The notes under the pieces: model-generated | The model's database searches: none | What the model was told of the DNA's origin: nothing | Seen by the model: only the letters and a program-made list of their open reading frames with translations | NCBI GenBank assembly: GCA_038831135.1 | Contig: JAWBKW010000004.1 | Span: 29,135 to 93,134, forward strand | DNA length: 64,000 nucleotides | Reading direction: 5' to 3' | Source of the DNA: Sulfolobales archaeon | GTDB taxonomy: Archaea; Thermoproteota; Thermoprotei_A; Sulfolobales; NBVN01 | Program-made: the position numbers and the translations under genes | Part shown: piece after piece, positions 58,221-64,000 of the stretch | How the letters are laid out: each line of letters begins with the position of its first letter | How positions within the stretch are numbered: position 1 is the first letter of the stretch

Positions 58221-59402
58221 CTACGCTCGCTTCATGTTTTTCCACATGATAAGAAGTAAAGGTATACCTAGGGCAGAAAAAAGTGAGAGAATCCATAGAC
58301 CCGCTTCGTAGCCGCCCGTTGTATCGTATGATAACCCACCAATCATTGGACCAACGAACATTGAGACGGTAGATGCCGTTAGCAGTAAGCCATAATTACT
58401 CCCGAGATACTTCGACCCCCACATAATTATGGCTATCAATGGAGTGAAAGCTACGTTAGTTCCATGAATGAGTCCTACTACGGAAGCCCCTAAATAAGCA
58501 GATATAACATTCCTATACGACGGGAATAGAATAGTATTTAAAGTCGATAATAAATAAATAGCGAGTAAAATTTTATGGATGCCAACACGTTCAGATAAAC
58601 CACCCATTAAAATTCTACTAAAGAAATTAACGGCTGAGTAAATACTTACTCCAATAGAAGCCACTAAAGGTGAAACCCCAACATATTGAACCATAAATGG
58701 GGTTAAATGAGATACTGCGAAACCATCTATTAAGCTTGTAAAGAATATCATAAACCAAGCAACATAAAAGACCTTACTCCTTAGTAAGTCTAAAGGACTA
58801 AACGATTTAGTTTCCTCATAAGAGTTCCTTGAAGGTTCATCAATGATTAAGGTAGCTAAACCCATAACCACCAAAGATATAAAACCTAATAATAGTAAAG
58901 TGAACCTCCATCCATAATAGCTAGTCAAAAATGATGTGATGGGGGCTAATAATAGTGTTCCTAAGCTATAACCGCCCGACGTTAGGCCAGCAGCCAGACC
59001 TCTACGAGAATTATAAAACCATTTAACGCTTAATGTAACTGCTAGTACATAACCTAATGCGTGGCCTATCCCATATATACCGGCGTACGAGATCGTAAGC
59101 ATTAATATGTCTTGAGATAACGAAGTTAGGATTAAACCAAAACTTGAGGCGGAGGTGATTAAGATTAACGTTAAGCGGAGCCCTATTTTACACTTGATGT
59201 AGTCTATACCTAAAAAGCCAATTATATTCGTAAGTGACATAATGCTAAATGGCAATACTGATAAAGACCTTGAAATATTAAAATCCTGCTCTATATATGG
59301 TACAAGGACCGACCATACATGCTTGAACCCTAACAGGAAATTAATTGACACACAAAATAAAAGAATTAAAAACGGATTATATCTAAGCCTCATAACAAAC
59401 AC
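58221..59402 (-). CDS. MFS transporter (OFA/oxalate:formate antiporter-like)
   Basis: WSV, KWF..RRGLAAG, GWR, SRILMGGLSERVG, GSNYG. Confidence 0.88.
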   Translation of the reverse strand: MFVMRLRYNPFLILLFCVSINFLLGFKHVWSVLVPYIEQDFNISRSLSVLPFSIMSLTNIIGFLGIDYIKCKIGLRLTLILITSASSFGLILTSLSQDILMLTISYAGIYGIGHALGYVLAVTLSVKWFYNSRRGLAAGLTSGGYSLGTLLLAPITSFLTSYYGWRFTLLLLGFISLVVMGLATLIIDEPSRNSYEETKSFSPLDLLRSKVFYVAWFMIFFTSLIDGFAVSHLTPFMVQYVGVSPLVASIGVSIYSAVNFFSRILMGGLSERVGIHKILLAIYLLSTLNTILFPSYRNVISAYLGASVVGLIHGTNVAFTPLIAIIMWGSKYLGSNYGLLLTASTVSMFVGPMIGGLSYDTTGGYEAGLWILSLFSALGIPLLLIMWKNMKRA

Positions 59403-59413
59403 GTCAAAATTTA

Positions 59414-60316
59414 TTAAATAAGGGCGAGTCCGAGATTAATTAATGCACGCTTGAGTTCCTCTTTCTCCTTATCTGTAAGAGTAGGTAGAGGCTTACGTAC
59501 CGGTCCTGCAGGAAGACCTAACATACGGAGAGCCTCCTTACATGGTGCAACATAACCAGGCTCGTATTCAAAGAATTTAAAGATTTCCTGCAACTTAACA
59601 TGGATTTCGAAAGCTTTTGCGTAATTCCCATTAATGAATTCCTCATAAAGCTTCACCATATGTTTAGGAACTACACATGCTGCCGTGGAGAATATTCCGC
59701 GCCCGCCAATGCATAACGTTGGGTAGAACTGACTATCAATACCAGTTAGGACCGATATCTTATGCCCTACAAGTCTTATAATCTCGGATGTTTGACCTAT
59801 ATCACTATTACTTTGCTTCATACCTATGACATTATCAAGTGATGCTATTCTAACCATTAACTGTGGAGTTATATTATGACCGGTATATTCTGGATTATTA
59901 TAAACTATTACCGGTATTTCGGAATTCTCCGATAAGATCTTATAGAACTCAAATAATGACTCCTGAGGTAATTTATAATAATATGGTGGAGTGGATATTA
60001 CCCCATCAGCACCTACATCAACTGCATGCCTAACATAGGTTAAAGCCTCTTTAAGATTGCAGGATGAGACACATGCAATTACAGATATGTTGGAGGGAGT
60101 ATTTTCCCTAACTACCTCAAGCACCTTAAATCTCTCCTCAGGTAGTAAATGTGGGAACTCACCATTCCCACCCGTAGTCATGATGCCATGAACGCCATTA
60201 ACAACTAAGTAATCAGTTAATGTTTTTAAACCATTGACATCAAGTTCGTAATCATCCTTAAAAGGGGTTACGATAGCAGTAATCACCCCGCTTAAAGTAT
60301 CCTTAGATAGTCTCAT
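59414..60316 (-). CDS. DHDPS/DapA-family aldolase
   Basis: AIVTPF, GGNGE (canonical DapA has GTTGE), PPYY, YNNP, GMKQS. Confidence 0.88.
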   Translation of the reverse strand: MRLSKDTLSGVITAIVTPFKDDYELDVNGLKTLTDYLVVNGVHGIMTTGGNGEFPHLLPEERFKVLEVVRENTPSNISVIACVSSCNLKEALTYVRHAVDVGADGVISTPPYYYKLPQESLFEFYKILSENSEIPVIVYNNPEYTGHNITPQLMVRIASLDNVIGMKQSNSDIGQTSEIIRLVGHKISVLTGIDSQFYPTLCIGGRGIFSTAACVVPKHMVKLYEEFINGNYAKAFEIHVKLQEIFKFFEYEPGYVAPCKEALRMLGLPAGPVRKPLPTLTDKEKEELKRALINLGLALI

Positions 60317-60386
60317 ATTATGAACCGAGTTAATACTTCAGCATAACTTAAAATATCTTTAACTTCCTATAAGTTAGGGTGATGTT

Positions 60387-61118
60387 TTGAGAGGTACTGA
60401 AATATTGACGCATGTAATTGTATTAATACTCCTTACAGTACTAGCAATTACTAATGTTTACTATCCGCAGTTCACGTTCATAACTTTATTAGTTTTTATG
60501 GGTTTTATTACCATAGTAGTATATAGCGGCTATAGAGCTTCTAGAAAACCCCCTAAAATATTTGATGTTGTTGCAGATGAAGTAAAACGCGGTAATATCT
60601 TATTAGAAGTGGATAATGATGAAGTATCGAAACTTCTGGAGAAGGATTTTATATTAATGGATGAGATACGGAAGTATAGCTATAGGAGTCTAATAGAGTC
60701 TTCTGGAATTCTTTTGGTATTTGCTTGGTATTTCGTGTTCTTCTACCTTATATTACCTAGGTTCGTAGGTGCGGAAGACTTAGTAAGATTTTTTGTGTAC
60801 CTCCTGGGTTACCTAATCCCGTATATCGGATATGTGGGGTTAGATCTAATCCCTCGGAGAGCTGGAAGACCTGTAACCTACGTCTTGAGAGGTTATGAGG
60901 TTTACGACACAGGAATAGTTTCCGCTAGTCAATATATAGTAATTAAATTTCCTTTAAGTAAGGAGTACGTTGTTAAAGAATTCAATAAGAGGAAATGTGT
61001 GGAACTGTCCAAGAAATTTAAAGGGTATAATATTAGGTTCCTTCTTTACACTAAAAACTTATCCAAGCTAACAGAAATTATAACTAACTACGGGAAGATA
61101 GAACCTACCCCAAGCTAA
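60387..61118 (+). CDS. Crenarchaeal membrane protein, DUF2208-like
   Basis: Two plus two TM segments and a soluble C-terminus (YEVYDTGI, IKFPL, RKCVEL, LYTK). Confidence 0.55.
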   Translation: MRGTEILTHVIVLILLTVLAITNVYYPQFTFITLLVFMGFITIVVYSGYRASRKPPKIFDVVADEVKRGNILLEVDNDEVSKLLEKDFILMDEIRKYSYRSLIESSGILLVFAWYFVFFYLILPRFVGAEDLVRFFVYLLGYLIPYIGYVGLDLIPRRAGRPVTYVLRGYEVYDTGIVSASQYIVIKFPLSKEYVVKEFNKRKCVELSKKFKGYNIRFLLYTKNLSKLTEIITNYGKIEPTPS

Positions 61119-61175
61119 CCAATAATATATAAATTTTTAATTACTGGATACGAAAATTTCATTGGTGATTATAAA

Positions 61176-61577
61176 TTGAAAGTTGTTAAGTTTTCAGAAG
61201 CAGCTGAATTTCATCACCCAGAAAACCCATTACGTAGAGTTAAAATCTTTGGTAATCCAGCATTACTGGGCATTAAGAATATGAGTATTGGTATGGGTGT
61301 CATGGGTCCTGGCGTAAGGGTTCCTCTCCATAAGCATGAATGCGACGAAATGATGTTCATACTTCATGGAGAGGGTAAATGGTTTACGAAGGATAAGGAA
61401 TACAATGTAACGCCATATACAGTAATATATGCAGAAGCTGGCGAAGAACACGGATTCGAAAATACCTCAACATGCCAGTCACTTGAGTTCTTGTTCGTCT
61501 ACTCTCCGCCAGGTGGTGAAGAACCGATATTTAAGAACTTTATTAAAGTTAAGGATTTTACCTATAAAGGAACTTAA
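61176..61577 (+). CDS. Cupin domain protein
   Basis: PLHKHECDE...GEG...EEHGFEN...YSPPG. Confidence 0.88.
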   Translation: MKVVKFSEAAEFHHPENPLRRVKIFGNPALLGIKNMSIGMGVMGPGVRVPLHKHECDEMMFILHGEGKWFTKDKEYNVTPYTVIYAEAGEEHGFENTSTCQSLEFLFVYSPPGGEEPIFKNFIKVKDFTYKGT

Positions 61578-61639
61578 TCAGATAAGGTTGTAATCATTAA
61601 TTTTTTAAGACTTTATACCATAAACTTACGGTGTAGTAT

Positions 61640-62509
61640 TTGAAATTAGTTCGATTTAGAGTAGGAAGCTATGTGGATTGGGGCATAGTTATAAACGAAT
61701 ACATATGTGATAGAATATATTTAAGTAACTTATCTGGATTAGAACTTCCTAAAGATGCTATATCTTTCCTAACAGATAAGGAGTCACTTACTAAAGTTTC
61801 TAATATATTAAATAAAGTTAAACTAGAGAATTGCATCAACTTAAGCAGTGTTAAACTACTTCAACCAATACCTAAACCATCTAAGATGGTGTTCATAGGT
61901 CTGAACTACTTAGACCATGCAAAGGAGGTCGGTATGGAAATACCTAAAGAGCCTGTAATATTCTTGAAGCCTCCTTCAGCACTCATAGGTCCCTACGACG
62001 ATATAGTACTTCCGAGACGCTCTAAAAAAGTAGACTACGAAGGCGAATTAGCAGTAATAATAGGTAGGCATGCTAAAGACGTCAGCAAGGAGGAAGCCCT
62101 AAATTACGTCTTAGGCTATATGGTCATGAATGACGTAACAGCTAGAGATGTCCAAAAAGCTATAAGTCAGTGGGATAAGGGCAAAGGTTTCGATACTTTC
62201 GCACCATGCGGTCCTTGGATAGTGACAGCAGATGAGATTCCTGACCCCCATACAGTCAAAATTACTACTAAAGTCAACGATGTAGTGAAGCAGGATTCAG
62301 GAACATGGAATATGATATTTAAAGTACCTGATCTAATACAAGATATTAGCGAGGTCATGACCTTAGAACCTGGTGATATTATATCTACAGGAACCCCAAG
62401 TGGTGTCGGATACGTTAAGGGCGAGTTCCTAAGTCCTGGCGATGTAGTTGAAGTATGCGTTGACAAAATAGGATGTATAAGGAATAAGGTTGTTTCGAAA
62501 AGCCAGTGA
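61640..62509 (+). CDS. Fumarylacetoacetate hydrolase family protein
   Basis: IGLNYLDH, DYEGEL, NDVTARD, KGFDTF, DIISTGTP. Confidence 0.92.
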   Translation: MKLVRFRVGSYVDWGIVINEYICDRIYLSNLSGLELPKDAISFLTDKESLTKVSNILNKVKLENCINLSSVKLLQPIPKPSKMVFIGLNYLDHAKEVGMEIPKEPVIFLKPPSALIGPYDDIVLPRRSKKVDYEGELAVIIGRHAKDVSKEEALNYVLGYMVMNDVTARDVQKAISQWDKGKGFDTFAPCGPWIVTADEIPDPHTVKITTKVNDVVKQDSGTWNMIFKVPDLIQDISEVMTLEPGDIISTGTPSGVGYVKGEFLSPGDVVEVCVDKIGCIRNKVVSKSQ

Positions 62510-62569
62510 TACATCCTTTTCAGCTCTTAACATCAACTTAATAACATAATAAATAATTAAGTGATCGTT

Positions 62570-64000
62570 TTGAGAAGGATCGACATTTTCATAGGATTTC
62601 AACATATAATTAGTTCATTGACTAGAATACTGTTTGTCTTAAGTCTCATTATACTCATCCCGGCAGTAGTGGGTATGATTTATGGTGAAATCTACGCGGT
62701 TAGGGTAATGCTTCTATTAGGTATCCTCCTGCTTACACCTTCATACATAATATCACGCATACTCGGTCCGCCGACACAAATAAACTTAAGTAGTGCTTTA
62801 TTGATAGCTGGCATTAGTTGGTTAATAGTTCCCTTAATTGGTGCCTTACCATATTACTTTATATGTAATACATCATTAATTAATGCGTACTTCGAAAGCA
62901 TGTCAGGATTCACAACAACGGGCATGACTATATTCAGTAACATTGAATCTCTCCCTAAGACCATCCTCTTTTGGAGGTCCCTTACGCAATGGGTTGGAGG
63001 TCTCGGTATCATACTACTATTTATAATAATTGCAGGACCTCTGAGTGGTATAGACTTACTTAGGCTATATACTGCAGAAGCTAGGGAATTGAAGCTCAGA
63101 GCTTCAACTTGGGTTACAGTTAGAGATCTATGGATTATTTATCTATTTTACACGGCGGTATGTTTTTTGCTACTATGGATGTTTGGGATGAATCTATTTG
63201 ATGCTTTAACACATTCATTTACGGCAATAGCAACTGGGGGATTCTCAACCAAGGATAACAGCATAGCTACTTATAATAATCCTACTATAGAGTTAATTCT
63301 TACAATATTTGAGTTCCTAGGTGCTACGAGTTTCGTAGCACATTACTCACTCTTTAAGTTTGGTCCTCGAGCGTTCTTTAAGTACTACGAAGTACGTTAC
63401 TACCTATTTCTCTTATCCACATCATCTTTAGTTATTATGGCTGACCACATCCTTAATAGAGGCATGGATATTTTAAATGCTTTTAGGATTTCTACTTTCC
63501 AAGTAGTCTCTATGGTTACGACCACAGGCTATTTAACATCAGACATTAATCTCTGGCCCCCACTCTCTAAGTTTCTAATAGTTGTGCTTATGCTTATAGG
63601 TGGTAATCTATGCTCTACCGGAGGTGCTATTAAGTTAGGTAGGATAATCATAGCTTTAAAGGTAGTAGTAAATCAATTAGAGCACCTATATCTCTCACCT
63701 TCTACGGTAAAACCCGTAAAAGTCGACACGCATATGCTAGAAAACGAGGACATAACTAGGATCTTCACTTTCCTCACCATATACTTCGCACTACTAGGTT
63801 TTGGCACCCTTATCTTCACATCCTTCGGATATGAACCTTTCGCCGCTCTTTCAGCTGTAGCTTCAGCGCAGGGCAATATAGGCCCTGCTTACGTATCGCT
63901 CCTGGATATGGGTGAACTACCGAAGACGCTACTAATAATTCATATGTGGTTAGGTAGATTAGAATTACTGCCAGCTATAGCTGTTTTTATACCGCAGATG
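62570..64000 (+). CDS. trkH: TrkH potassium uptake membrane protein; runs off the window edge
   Basis: Not in ORF track. Manual translation gives FESMSGFTTTG, WRSLTQWVGGLG, ATGGFST, TTTG, STGGAIK, QGNIGP, WLGRLE. Start TTG 62570 or GTG 62561. Confidence 0.93.
   Translation, partial: MRRIDIFIGFQHIISSLTRILFVLSLIILIPAVVGMIYGEIYAVRVMLLLGILLLTPSYIISRILGPPTQINLSSALLIAGISWLIVPLIGALPYYFICNTSLINAYFESMSGFTTTGMTIFSNIESLPKTILFWRSLTQWVGGLGIILLFIIIAGPLSGIDLLRLYTAEARELKLRASTWVTVRDLWIIYLFYTAVCFLLLWMFGMNLFDALTHSFTAIATGGFSTKDNSIATYNNPTIELILTIFEFLGATSFVAHYSLFKFGPRAFFKYYEVRYYLFLLSTSSLVIMADHILNRGMDILNAFRISTFQVVSMVTTTGYLTSDINLWPPLSKFLIVVLMLIGGNLCSTGGAIKLGRIIIALKVVVNQLEHLYLSPSTVKPVKVDTHMLENEDITRIFTFLTIYFALLGFGTLIFTSFGYEPFAALSAVASAQGNIGPAYVSLLDMGELPKTLLIIHMWLGRLELLPAIAVFIPQM

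Noticed and set aside
1-64000. CRISPR array, cas genes, integrase or provirus at the tRNA
   Set aside because: No regularly spaced repeats, cas or integrase ORF, or duplicated tRNA 3' end seen by eye.

Overview
Archaeal DNA, most consistent with Thermoproteota (Desulfurococcales-like). Support: eL38, an Alba paralog, a C/D-box sRNA, a double-intron tRNA-Gln with an A1-U72 pair, TATA boxes and GGTG-type RBSs. The left ~19 kb is an accessory region. It holds a tightly coupled five-gene defence-type operon (DUF1156 N6-adenine MTase, DUF499 ATPase, DUF3780-like small protein, SNF2 helicase-DUF3883 nuclease, RNase J-like beta-CASP nuclease), a membrane transglutaminase-like protein, an HhH-GPD/Fe-S-loop protein, and a PadR-ABC exporter operon broken by an IS605-type element (tnpA+tnpB). 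This region also shows oscillating G+T versus A+C strand skew, with one switch inside the methylase gene. The remainder is AT-richer metabolic and housekeeping DNA. It includes a TAXI-TRAP catabolic cluster with a Tm-1/UPF0261 protein, and a co-oriented run GltD-like, NuoL-like, NuoM-like, membrane protein, tandem-AAA+/Lon-protease fusion. Best candidates for undescribed biology: the RNase-extended DUF499/DUF1156 system, and the Cdc48-like double-AAA-Lon fusion with its overlapping membrane partner. All family calls come from motif recognition by eye; no searches were run.
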